IMG/VR virus record: IMGVR_UViG_3300032238_000599
Coordinates: 80,987-144,986 of that record
Direction: 5' to 3' (one strand)
Length of the DNA: 64,000 nucleotides
Origin: a virus
Shown here one piece after another: positions 47,545 through 59,100 of this stretch. Position numbers and translations under genes: made by a program. Positions within the stretch are counted from its first letter, which is position 1. Each line of letters begins with the position of its first letter. The notes under the pieces are model-generated. The model made no database searches. It was not told the DNA's origin and was given only the letters and a program-made list of their open reading frames with translations.

Positions 47545-49016
47545 TTACGTGGGGAATATCAGCAAACAGTCATGACGCGGCATTAGCTGTGTTTCTTGAC
47601 GAGCACTTAGTATTTGCTAGTCATAGCGAAAGATTTAGCAAGAAGAAAAACGACAAGCACTTGTGCAAAGAACTTGTCGATTATGCTAAAAATAAATTCT
47701 ATGGACTACCAGATCGAGTGTACTGGTATGAAAATCCTTATTTAAAAACAGCAAGACAACTGTATGCAGGGCAAGGATGGAAGTGGGAAGACAATGATAT
47801 AAAATCATATCTAAGCCGTTGGAATATTAATGGACGATTACATTATACTAATCATCATCGTAGTCATGCCGCTACTGGTTATTTTACTAGTGGCTTTGAC
47901 GATGCTTGTATTTTAGTAATTGATGCCATCGGAGAATTCGAAACTCTTACTATTTGGAAAGCAGAAGGTAATCGATTAAAGAAATTATACAGTAAGTGGT
48001 TTCCAAATAGTATTGGATTATTTTACAGCGCCATTACGCAACGACTAGCCCTACGTCCTTTAGAAGATGAATATATTTTAATGGGTATGAGTGCATATGG
48101 CAATGTTGACAACTTGTATACTCGTATGCGAGACGATTTTGTAGACAAATATCACGACTACACTTTTGCTAAAAATTTACACAGAGGTTGTTTAGATTGG
48201 GCGCCAGACCTAACAGTCAATGACAGTTTTGACGTTGCTGCCGCTACACAAGAAATATATGAAAGATTTTTTGAAACAGCACTAGGACATGCTAAAAAAT
48301 TAACAGGTAGCAACAATCTAGTCTTAATGGGCGGCTGTGCTCTTAACTGTGTTGCTAATCGATTAACAGGCAAGTATTTTGATAATACTTGGATTATGCC
48401 TAACCCTGGAGATGCAGGTAGTGCTATCGGTGCAGTACTGGCACACAACCCTCAGTGGCGTATTGAACCCAAACATTTCACTCCTTTCTTAGGATATGAT
48501 ATGGGGTACAAATCTACCAATGAAGAAATTGTAGATTATTTGATAGAAAATAAAATTTGCGGTGTTGCAAGAGGGCCCGCAGAGTTTGGGCCTAGAGCAT
48601 TAGGCAACAGAAGTTTGTTAGCCGATCCTCGGGGTAATGATATAAAGGAACGTGTAAATGATATTAAAAGAAGAGAACAATTTAGACCATTTGCGCCAGT
48701 TATTCTGGAGGAGTTATGTGATACTTACTTTGATATGCCTAATGGTTGGAGTAACAGTAGGTATATGCAAGTCATCGCTCGCTGTAGGGTTCCTGAGCTT
48801 TTTCCTGCTATTGTGCATCACGACGGCACTTCTCGTGTACAAACTGTCTCGAGAGACGGATCACCATTGCGACTGTTGCTCGAAAGATGGTATACATTAA
48901 CTGGTTGCCCAATGTTACTAAACACTAGTTTAAACATTAAAGGACGGCCAATGGTTAATGACCATGCTGATGCAAGAACATTTGAAGCCCACCATAATGT
49001 TAGGGTATTCACATAA
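47541..49016 (+). CDS. O-carbamoyltransferase (NodU/CmcH/TobZ family)
   Basis: HDAA, ERFSKKK, HHRSHAA, DAIGE, GGCALN, PGDAG, EFGPRALGNRS, RPFAP, DGTSRVQTV and LNTSLN motifs. Confidence 0.93.
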   Translation: MITWGISANSHDAALAVFLDEHLVFASHSERFSKKKNDKHLCKELVDYAKNKFYGLPDRVYWYENPYLKTARQLYAGQGWKWEDNDIKSYLSRWNINGRLHYTNHHRSHAATGYFTSGFDDACILVIDAIGEFETLTIWKAEGNRLKKLYSKWFPNSIGLFYSAITQRLALRPLEDEYILMGMSAYGNVDNLYTRMRDDFVDKYHDYTFAKNLHRGCLDWAPDLTVNDSFDVAAATQEIYERFFETALGHAKKLTGSNNLVLMGGCALNCVANRLTGKYFDNTWIMPNPGDAGSAIGAVLAHNPQWRIEPKHFTPFLGYDMGYKSTNEEIVDYLIENKICGVARGPAEFGPRALGNRSLLADPRGNDIKERVNDIKRREQFRPFAPVILEELCDTYFDMPNGWSNSRYMQVIARCRVPELFPAIVHHDGTSRVQTVSRDGSPLRLLLERWYTLTGCPMLLNTSLNIKGRPMVNDHADARTFEAHHNVRVFT

Positions 49017-49035
49017 AAGAGTATATAATATTACA

Positions 49036-50484
49036 ATGACTAGACAGAACGCAGACTACGGATTTGACATCCAAAAATTATATTTAGAAATGATGATGAG
49101 TGACGCAGAAACATTTGTGCGTTGCCAGAGTATTTTTGATCACACTCTGTTTGATCGAAAGCTACAAGATGTAGCACAGTTTATTAACAGCTATGTAGAA
49201 GAAAACAGAGTAATGCCTACATTTGATATTGTTAAGGCAACTACTCATGTAGAACTAGCGAATCCTGGGGAACTACACGAAAATCACTATGATTGGTTAC
49301 TTGGTGAATTTGAAACATTTATTAGACACAAGGGTTTAGAAAGAGCGATTTTACAATCCGCAGACTTACTGGAAAAAGGCGAGTATGGCCCAGTAGAGGA
49401 CCTAGTTAAAAAAGCTGTTCAAGTTGGTTTGACTAAGGACATGGGTACTGATTATTTTTCAGATCCACGTGCTCGATTGATGAAGATTAAAGACAAGAAC
49501 GGACAAGTTAGTACTGGTTGGAAAACTATGGATCACAAACTTTTCGGTGGTATGAACCGCGGAGAGTTGAACATTTTTGCAGGCGGATCGGGCGCAGGCA
49601 AGTCGTTATTTCTTGCAAATTTAGGATGTAATTGGGCACTAGCAGGGCTTAATGTTTTGTACCTAACATTGGAACTTTCAGAAGAGCTTGTTAGTATGCG
49701 TATTGATAGTATGCTTACAGGAGTGCCAACTAGGGATATTTTCAAAGATCTAGACGATGTTGAAATGAAAGTGAAAATGATTGGCAAAAAGTCGGGACAG
49801 ATGCAGGTCAAATATATGCCTAGTGGTAAAACTAGTAACGATTTGCGTAGCTATATTAAAGAATATGAAATTAAAACAGGACGTAAGTTAGATGTTCTAT
49901 TAGTTGACTACTTGGACTTGCTCATGCCAATTAGTAAGAAAATTTCAGCAGAGAACTTGTTTATTAAAGACAAGTATGTATCAGAAGAACTACGTAATCT
50001 AGCAGTGGAATTAAACTGTGTGTTCGTTACTGCGGCACAGTTGAACAGGGGCGCAGTTGAGGAGGTGGAATTTGACCATTCACATATTTCAGGTGGTTTA
50101 TCAAAGATTCAAACAGCAGATAACGTATTTGGTATCTTTACCAGTAGAGCTATGCGAGAGCGCGGTCGTTATCAAATTCAACTTATGAAGACACGTTCAA
50201 GTAGTGGTGTTGGAGCAAAAATTGATCTAGAGTTTGATGTTGACACATTGCGTATTCGAGATCTTGAAGAAGATATGGACAATGCTCCAACAAGTCGTGG
50301 AGGTAGTATTCTTGAAAGTATCAAACAACGTACATCAACAGTAACAACTATTGATCCGTCTACCGGAGAAATTAGCTCTGATCCTACACTAGGAGTTAGT
50401 GTTGCTAAGGTTAAACCTCAAGTAGAAAGTTCAAAACTACGACAACTATTGAGTAATTTACCAAACGATTCCGATCCGTTTTAA
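49036..50484 (+). CDS. gp41: Replicative DnaB-family helicase (T4 gp41-like)
   Basis: AGGSGAGKS, YLTLELSE, VDYLDL, TAAQLNR and KTR motifs; likely start ATG 49036. Confidence 0.9.
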   Translation: MTRQNADYGFDIQKLYLEMMMSDAETFVRCQSIFDHTLFDRKLQDVAQFINSYVEENRVMPTFDIVKATTHVELANPGELHENHYDWLLGEFETFIRHKGLERAILQSADLLEKGEYGPVEDLVKKAVQVGLTKDMGTDYFSDPRARLMKIKDKNGQVSTGWKTMDHKLFGGMNRGELNIFAGGSGAGKSLFLANLGCNWALAGLNVLYLTLELSEELVSMRIDSMLTGVPTRDIFKDLDDVEMKVKMIGKKSGQMQVKYMPSGKTSNDLRSYIKEYEIKTGRKLDVLLVDYLDLLMPISKKISAENLFIKDKYVSEELRNLAVELNCVFVTAAQLNRGAVEEVEFDHSHISGGLSKIQTADNVFGIFTSRAMRERGRYQIQLMKTRSSSGVGAKIDLEFDVDTLRIRDLEEDMDNAPTSRGGSILESIKQRTSTVTTIDPSTGEISSDPTLGVSVAKVKPQVESSKLRQLLSNLPNDSDPF

Positions 50485-50538
50485 CGATTTTGTAATCATT
50501 AAATAAATAAGTACATATATAATAATGAGAGCAAAAAA

Positions 50539-50982
50539 ATGCAACTGTACCACGTTCGAGACCTAAATGATCCACTTGCCAGCATCATTAAAGATGATCC
50601 TGTAAGAGCTCATATACCTCTTGAACAACGTATAAATGAAAATGCAGAAATACTAGTACTCAAAGAAGGCGAAAAAGTTCTTGCGGCAACTTGCTTACAA
50701 TGGCTTAAAGAAGTTCCCGAAGACGAGCAAGATTTACAGGACTTAGAAAAAACTCACGATGTAGCAGTATTCTACACCATTTGGAGTTACAGTCCAGGTG
50801 CCGGTGCTAAACTAATCAAACAAGCCGCAAGTTGGATTTTAGAAGCAGTTGAGGAGTGTAAAACCATTGTTACACTAAGCCCACAAACTGATATGGCTAG
50901 AAAATTCCATCTAAATAATGGTGCTACGATCCGCAAAGAAAACAGTACCAGCGTTAACTACCAATACTATTCAAAAGACTAA
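50539..50982 (+). CDS. GNAT-like protein
   Basis: FYTIWSY.PGAGAKLI (motif-A-like) and TLSP...ARKFHL.NG; overlapping TAAATA/TAAGTA motifs at 50500-50513. Confidence 0.5.
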   Translation: MQLYHVRDLNDPLASIIKDDPVRAHIPLEQRINENAEILVLKEGEKVLAATCLQWLKEVPEDEQDLQDLEKTHDVAVFYTIWSYSPGAGAKLIKQAASWILEAVEECKTIVTLSPQTDMARKFHLNNGATIRKENSTSVNYQYYSKD

Positions 50983-51027
50983 TAAAATTTTTGGTAAATA
51001 CTAGCAGTAAAAGCGAGGATTTACCAA

Positions 51028-51483
51028 ATGACATTACCTTTGCGTTCTATTAGGCTTATAGGACGAAATACTAAATCACTAGACGCTACTGCTGGCGATC
51101 CCGGCGAAATTTTCTACGACACAACTAACGATACCCTAAGAGTTTACGACGGTAGACAAATTGGTGGCTATATTTTAGCTAGAGTTAGTTCTGGTGGCGG
51201 AAGTGGTGGCGGAACAGTAACCGGCGGAACTGTAACGGCAAGTGATACAGCGCCTGCTAGTCCTAGTACAGGAAGCGTTTGGTTTAATACTGCAACAAAC
51301 AAGCTCTATATATACGAGCAAAGCTATTGGGTTCAACCTAGCGTACCGCAATTTGGTGCAGGCTATGTTGAGATTGACGGTGATACATCTTCATACATAT
51401 TTGCGGCAACTGACAGCGAATTTGACGGTGCAACCTCTACAGCAACTACTAGCGATTCACTAATTGATGGAGGGACAGCTTAA
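51028..51483 (+). CDS. Small tail fibre-associated protein
   Basis: GEIFYD...LRVYDG, APASP..GSVWFN..KLYIY and terminal IDGG motifs; TAAATA at 50995. Confidence 0.65.
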   Translation: MTLPLRSIRLIGRNTKSLDATAGDPGEIFYDTTNDTLRVYDGRQIGGYILARVSSGGGSGGGTVTGGTVTASDTAPASPSTGSVWFNTATNKLYIYEQSYWVQPSVPQFGAGYVEIDGDTSSYIFAATDSEFDGATSTATTSDSLIDGGTA

Positions 51484-52232
51484 TGTCTTCACGTATAAGA
51501 TTACGCCGAGATACCGCGGCAAATTGGACAACAAACAATCCAGTTCTAGCACTAGGAGAACCAGGTCTAGAAACTGATACACGCCAACTAAAGTTTGGTG
51601 ATGGAACAACAGCATGGACTAGTTTAGTCTACGGTGCAGGCGGTGCACCTGTTGCAAGTACAAGCGTTTCTGGTACTGTAAAAGTTGATGGAACAAGTAT
51701 TGTAATTGCTAACGGTGTTATTTCAGCAACAGGCGAATTAGGTATACCGGTTGCAAGTACATCAGTATTAGGTGGTGTTAAAATAGATGGCACATCTATT
51801 TCAATTAACAACGGAGTTATTAGCGCATCAGTTACCGGTGTATATAACAATGCAACTTTTACTGGTACCACTACACTACAACAAACACAAGAAGTTGTTC
51901 AAGTTTTAGCTAATGCTGGCGGAACAGTAACACATGATTTTTCATTAGGTCAACTATGGCAACATACTACGCCAACTGGTAACTTTGCGGCAAATTTTAT
52001 TAATGTACCTACTACTGCAAATAGATCAATGGCAGTAACATTAATTTTAGTTCAAGGTGCAAATCCTTATATTGCTAGTTCCGTACAAATTAACGGTGTT
52101 AATCAAGTTATTAAATGGGCTGGTGGTGTTCAACCAGCAGGTACAGGAAACAAAATAGACGTCTTAACTTTCATTATGACATATGTTAATAGTGCTTGGA
52201 CAGTCTTCGGACAGATGAGTTCATACGGTTAA
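51483..52232 (+). CDS. Tail fibre protein with hyaluronidase-N/Mtd-N-like head and a C-terminal domain shared with 6209..7084
   Basis: IRLRRDTAANW..NPVLALGEPGLETDT..KFGDG; two PVASTSVxGxVKxDG repeats. Confidence 0.75.
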   Translation: MSSRIRLRRDTAANWTTNNPVLALGEPGLETDTRQLKFGDGTTAWTSLVYGAGGAPVASTSVSGTVKVDGTSIVIANGVISATGELGIPVASTSVLGGVKIDGTSISINNGVISASVTGVYNNATFTGTTTLQQTQEVVQVLANAGGTVTHDFSLGQLWQHTTPTGNFAANFINVPTTANRSMAVTLILVQGANPYIASSVQINGVNQVIKWAGGVQPAGTGNKIDVLTFIMTYVNSAWTVFGQMSSYG

Positions 52233-52240
52233 GGACTAAC

Positions 52241-53122
52241 ATGGCTTTTAATTTTCCAACAACTGGTCTAGTAGCTAATGTTACAACAGCTACTAACGGA
52301 GATACCACCTGGATTTGGACTGGTAGTACATGGGATTTAAAACCAGTAACAGATCCAGTTGTTAATAATTTAACAGTAGTAGGTAGCTTTGTATCCGAAG
52401 CACAACAAAGTTTTGTAAGAAACGTTGTGCCTACAGTATCAGCTCTTTCAACAATAACTAATGCAAACTGGAAGGGATTAAATGTTTTTGTAACAGAGAC
52501 TGGCGCACTATACTATGCCGACGGTACTGACTGGAATCGAATTGCCAAATATACAGAAACAGGATTTAGAAACTTAGCAGTTAGTGGAAATGATACCCTA
52601 ACTAGCCTAAGTTCAACAACATTGAACATTGTAGGATCTGGAAGTACTATAGTTAGTACAGATTCTGCAACAAATACAGTTACTATTACCGGCGAAGCCA
52701 CAGGTATTGTCAGTAGCGGACAAGCAGGACGTTTAGCATACTATGCCTCAACTGGCAGTACGGTCAGTGACATTGGATCTAGTGTCATATGGAACGGTAC
52801 AAGTTTAACCATAGGTGGCGGTTTAACTGTTAACACACTATCAGTCAGCAACGCTACTACCGTAGGAAGCCTCACGGTAAATAGCTCAGTGACGGCAAGC
52901 GGCAGTATTTCTGCAACTGGAGCTATTTCAGCAGGTTCATCAATTACTGCTACAAGTAACGCTATTATTGGCGGAGACTTGTCAGTAAGCGGGAAAGCAA
53001 CTGTTGGCGCTCCAACCGCATCAACACACGCGGCAACTAAAGGCTATGTTGACACAGCATCAGCGGCCGCATTGGCTTTGGCAAATGCTAGATCAATCGC
53101 CATGTCTATCGCAATAGGGTAA
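52241..53122 (+). CDS. Tail fibre-like protein
   Basis: AAGGA RBS; MAFNFP...WIWTGSTW N-terminus; HAATKGYVD motif. Confidence 0.7.
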   Translation: MAFNFPTTGLVANVTTATNGDTTWIWTGSTWDLKPVTDPVVNNLTVVGSFVSEAQQSFVRNVVPTVSALSTITNANWKGLNVFVTETGALYYADGTDWNRIAKYTETGFRNLAVSGNDTLTSLSSTTLNIVGSGSTIVSTDSATNTVTITGEATGIVSSGQAGRLAYYASTGSTVSDIGSSVIWNGTSLTIGGGLTVNTLSVSNATTVGSLTVNSSVTASGSISATGAISAGSSITATSNAIIGGDLSVSGKATVGAPTASTHAATKGYVDTASAAALALANARSIAMSIAIG

Positions 53123-53138
53123 TTACAGGAAATTTTAA

Positions 53139-56100
53139 ATGTCAAAGAAACTGATTAGCACTTATAAGTTTGTACCAGGAATTGTAGTTCCTGACACAGC
53201 CTTATATCCAAATTGTACAGCACTTTTAGAAGCAAACAAAAAGTTTCTTCAAGAAGAAACTATTGCATATATTCAATACAACAGCGCCAACAACATTGCA
53301 CCGTTTGTCTACTATACTTACAATGCAGATAAATGCCGTCGTGACGTTAGTTATGTTCTAGAAGGTTACCTAAGCGATTTAAAACACGGTGGCAACAAAC
53401 AAACTGTACACAACGCACAGAAATATTTTGAAAACGGTATTCCTCAAGTAGACGGAGATCGTACTCCTGAAATTGCCGCGCATACATTTATTAAAAACTT
53501 AGTTCAAAACTTTGTATTGGCTAATATTGTTTATAGTGCTCGTAATACTGTAATATCACAAGTAACATTACCTATAACTGCTGAAGCTCTTGGAAAAACA
53601 AAACTATCAGATCTAAATGACATAATTGTTAACGTAATTACTAACGGTCTAACTAGTTTACCTGCTATTTCAACTAATCGCGGATATGTTAAGTTCCCAG
53701 GTTTTTACAAGCTAAAAGACATTCTTTTAATTACAAATACATCAAGAAACATCATTATGTATAACTTTGCTGATCCTTCATACAAGGCAGAAGTTACATA
53801 TTATGAAACAGCAGATAGCGATTTCCCAGGTGCATTGTACGGCACAGATAAGATTACTACAGTAACATTTGATATTGATACAAGTGCCATGATGGTCACT
53901 GACAATATTCAAATTTACGTCTCGGCTAAGAGTTTAGAAGTTAGACTTAACCCAATCGGTACTGACGCTATGGAACGTCAAAAGGTTGGTATTCCACAGT
54001 CCATGCTTGACGCGGACTTTGAGTACGGACTACAACCAACTAAGTGGCAGGCCATCTCTATGATGCGTAACTATCCTGCGGTTTACGAAATTCCAAGTAG
54101 TGACCAATCAGTTATTAGTGTTACAACTGATGCAAGTACATCGACAGCTAATACCGGTGCTAGTTTAATTACAGTTACAACAGTATCGCCACACGGGTTT
54201 GTTGTAAATACACCGTTTACAATTAAAGCTCTTGCTAACTCAGTTAACGGATTTAGCCGTGCTGAAGGAACATTCTTAGTTAACTCTGTTCCAACTACAA
54301 CATCATTTACCTACTATTCAAAATCAAAAGTAGGTACAAGTAACGGACAGTTATTAAGTTCAACCTATACTCAGCTACGTAAAGCATCCTATTATACCGG
54401 TGCTGCCGTAGGTAATCCAACATTCTCAGTGTATAGTGCAGGTTCGAGCGGTACTATAACAACAGTATTTACAACTGATATTAGCCAGGATCGTATTGGT
54501 TTTAGTGGTGCAATACCTCCACTAGGTGCTCCAATTACAGGTACAGGTATTCCATCCGGTGCTCAAATTACTGCTATTAACGGCCCAGGAGGAACTGGCG
54601 CAACTACATCATTAACTGTTACAGCTAACATCGGCGATACTAGTATTGTTGTTGATAATACTACAGGTATTGTTCCTGGTATGGTTATTGACCGCGGCGA
54701 TGGCACAGCAGTTCAAGTTGCTGACATTAGCGGTAATACTGTAACACTAAGTGGTGCCTTAACAGCACAGACGCTAGGAAGCACCCAGAGCTACACTGGA
54801 TTAAGTCAATCGTCTACTAACGGCACAGGTAGTGGTGCTGTGTTTACAGTTTCAAGAACTGCAGGTAGTTATATTACAACAGTTACTAATCCAGGCGGCG
54901 GATATTTGCAAGGTGATGTTTGTGTTATTGCAGGTACTAGTTTAGGCGGATTAGCGCCAACAAATAATGCCACTATTACAGTTACTTCAGCTAGTGATAA
55001 AAATACAGTAGCAACATTTTCCGGCGGCTCATTAGTTGCATCATCTGCATACAATCCAAGTTCTACTACTAACTTAGCTACCACAGGTGGTAACGGTACT
55101 GGATTAACAGTTGATGTAACATTAGATGGAAGTAATGTTCCAACTAGCGTAATTATTAAAACTCCTGGTAAGAACTATACTCCAGGAAGTACAGTAAAAA
55201 TTCTTAGCGGAGTAACACGAGGTGTTGTGTTATCAACTGGTATTAGAGTTCCAGGTAGCGGATATACTACAACTAATAACGTAGCAGTAAGTGGCGGTAG
55301 CGGAACAGGACTTACTGTCGATATTGTAGCAGATCCCGTAGGTGGAGTAAAACAAGTTAACATTGGCAATGCTGGCTCAGGATATTCTAACAGTCAAGTT
55401 AGTCCAACTGGTGGCAGCGGCACTGGATTAGTAGTATCCATTGGAACTAGTGGCGGATCTATTATTAGTATTAGTATTAATAATAGAGGTAGCGGATATA
55501 CAGTTGGTAATACATTGACAATTCCAGGAGGTAGTGGAACTGCTACTATTACAGTTACCGGGTCGGTAACTAATGCTGAAGTTACAAACGTTACAATTAA
55601 TAACCCTGGATCTGGATATGTTTCTGGCGAAACAGTTACAATTCCCGGCGGCACAGGTAGTAATTTCCAAATTGGTAACGTAACAGCAGATGCTACTATA
55701 CAGATTGGCACCGTTAATACCGGTGGTGTTATTCTTAGTGTTAATACTTCAGGCACAACAATTAGTAGCCCAACAAAGAACTTTATCAGTGCAATTACAA
55801 TTAGTGATTTAACAACAGCTTCAGTGCCATCAGGTACATCATTAAGTTATAGTGCTATTGCTACTATTGAAGTAGCATTTAGTACAGCTCACGGATTTGT
55901 TCCAGGTAATACAATTACAGCACAGATTACAAGTACAGACACTGGAGCCCAGTTAGCCGCTGGTGCATACTTTGTTGAAAACGTTCCAACGCCAACTACT
56001 TTACGCTATACAGCACGTACAGCTGGTACAATCGCTAACACGTTAACTGGTATCTTGTATGCTCGTCCAGACTCATTCTTTATTCATAGACCGTTTGACG

Positions 56101-59100
56101 GTGGTGTACAATTAGGTACGGCGAGCCCAGCTCACGGCGCCGCCGCAATTCGTATGAGTAAGAAATACATTCGTTACCAATCAGGTAAGGGTGTTATGTA
56201 CAACACAGGTGCTCTATTTGCTCCATCATATGACTTACGTAGTCTAGTAGCAACTGGAACTACAGCTGGTAACCTTATCACAGTTACTACAGACGATACT
56301 GACCACGGCTGTCAGGTAGGTAGTCAGATTACAATTACTGGTGTAACAACTAGCGGTTATAATAATATCTATACTGTACAAGATATTATTAACGAACGTG
56401 TACTAACGGTAGTTGCTAAATCAGCACTAGGTAATGCTAATGCACAACTAGGTAACCCATGTCAAATGACTGTACGTACATGGCATGGTTCTACAGTACG
56501 TGCAGGTATCTTCGATGATCAAAACGGTATGTTTTGGCAATACGACGGACAAAAGATGGCTGTTGTACAGCGTTCGAGTACATTCCAGATTGCAGGAACT
56601 ATTGCCATTGCCGCTAACTCAAATGCTGTTACAGGTAACAATACTCGCTTTACACAACAATTAGCCGCTGGTGACCGTGTGGTTATTCGCGGTATGAGTC
56701 ATATTATTACTGCTATTGCTAGTGATACTAGTATGACTGTTGCTCCAGACTATCGTGGTGTTAACAACGCGACTGAAGTTAAAATTGTTAAGACTGTTGA
56801 CAAAGTTGTTCCACAAGAATACTGGAACGGTGATGCTTGTAACGGTTCTGGACAAAGTGGTTACAATCTAGATGTAACTAAAATGCAGATGATTGGTATT
56901 CAGCACACATGGTACGGTGCTGGATTTATTGACTTTATGTTAAGAGGCAGTGAAGGTAACTATATCTTCGTACACCGCTTCCGTAACTCAAACGTTAACA
57001 CAGAAGCTTACATGCGTACAGGTAACCAGCCAGTTCGTTATGACGTTACCAACGAAGGCGCCCGTGGTAAACTACGTGAAGATATGAATGCTCAACAAAC
57101 ATATATTCCGTTAGTAGCAGGCGATGCTTATTGGTTCCCAACTGCTGGTACAATATACATTGATAACGAAATGATTCGTTACACAGGTAATGACGGCACT
57201 AACTTAACTGGTTGTACCCGTGGTGCTACACTAACACAGTTTGCCGCAGGTAGTCAGCGTACATTCGTTGGCGGCATTGCCACAACACACTCGGCTAATA
57301 CAGGTGGTGTGTTGATTTCAAATACTATTACTCCAAACATTAGTCACTGGGGTAGTGCGTTTATGATTGACGGCCAGTTTGACAGTGACCGTGGTTACAT
57401 TTTTAACTATGCGGCTACTGGTGTAAGCGTTTCAGTTGATAAGAAAACAGCTTTCCTAATGCGTCTAGCACCTAGTGTTTCAAACGCACAAACAGGCGAC
57501 CTAGGCGATAAAGAACTACTAAACAGAGCGCAGTTGCTACTAAGTCAGATTTCTGTAACTAGCGATAGTGTGTCAGGAGGTGGCGCGATTGTTGTTGAAG
57601 GCGTAATTAACCCAAGTAACTATCCAGATGATCCTACTAAGATTACCTGGACTGGTTTGAACTCGGCTGCGGCTGGTGGACAGCCATCCTTTACACAGAT
57701 TGCTAACGGTGGTTCTGTATCATGGGGCGGTGGCGCTTCAACTAGCACAGCTACAATTCAAGGTGCGTTTACTACAACAATTACAGCTAAGTCATTCAGC
57801 CCAATTACTACAACCTTTACAGCTACCAGCTTCAGTACAGTTACACAAAACTTAACTGCAACTAGCTTTGGCACAACAAGCAACACTGGTACTATTACAG
57901 CACGTGGTAACCTAGCTGGAACTTTTGGTGCTACCTATGCATCTGCAATCAATACAGCACGTAGAGATATCATGGTCTTAACTACAGACTACGACAACTA
58001 CATTCTTACTAACACTATGAGTGTAGGTGATACACTAGCTGTAACCTCAGTACTAACAGTTAACACTAAGATTACTAGCATTACAAGAAACGTGTCAGGT
58101 ACTGCGTATACACAAATCCAGTTTGACTTAACACCGGCTGCTTCTACAGCAGGTACAGGTAACCAAGCAGTAACAGTGACGCTTGTACTAGGTGCAACAT
58201 ACAATACTGCATTGAGCTCAACACGTACAGACTTTTTAATTACTAACGCACAATATGACGGATTTACTGCAACACCATTGCGTGTAGGGGATGGGCTAAG
58301 TGTTGCTACCTACTTAACTGGTGGACAAACGGTACAGTCATTTACACGTAACTATGTGATTATTAACGGTACTGGATATACACGTATTGTTATGTCAGCG
58401 GCTGCTACATCAAGCAGTCCAGTTGCCGCAAGTAACGGTGCTCAAAACATTACGGTGGTTGACACTAACGCTTTAACAGTAACGTTTGCCTCAGCCATTT
58501 CGAGTGTAAGAGCTACATTCTTAGTGCCACAAACACAGGCAGCTTCCACTACAGCCAAGATCAATGACGTACTAAGTACTGCTACATATCTAGCTGGTGG
58601 ACAAACACTATCTAGTATTACACAGAACTATGCCACACTTGGCGGTACAGCCTATGCGCTAGTTACCATGAGTGGTGTAGGTACACTATCAAGTACTACA
58701 GGAACAGGTAACAACTTGACTATCACTGTTACATCAGCTGATACAAGTACATATGGCCGTGCGCTGTCAACAGGTCGTGTGGACTTCTTGATCACTGATA
58801 CAGAATACAATGCCAGCGGTATTTTAGCAGGTGACGGTCTAAGTGTTGCCACATACTTAACCGGTGGACAAACTATTATCAGTGCTACACCAGGTTATAC
58901 CACAATCAGTTCAGTAAGTTACACACGTATTGTTATGTCAGCGGCAGCTAACTCTAGTTCAACTAGCGGTGGCGGCAATGATATTACTATTACTGTAACA
59001 GCCGCAGGTAGTTCTGCTAGCTATGCGTCAACTAACTACTTGTTCTTTACAAGTGCTAGCTGGACAGCATCAAACGCCATTGTTGGTACACGAGTTGCGT

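Noticed and set aside
30426-50484. Inteins or introns in terminase, UvsX, UvsW or helicase
   Set aside because: All have ordinary lengths and uninterrupted motif spacing.
51483-52232. Mtd-N-like domain and duplicated C-terminal domain suggesting a diversity-generating retroelement
   Set aside because: No reverse transcriptase is present, and the two copies differ at all base types rather than only at adenines.
1574-58852. Many 60-130 aa antisense or out-of-frame ORFs inside long genes
   Set aside because: Expected shadows of codon bias in Thr/Gly/Ala-rich genes; no motifs or RBS support.
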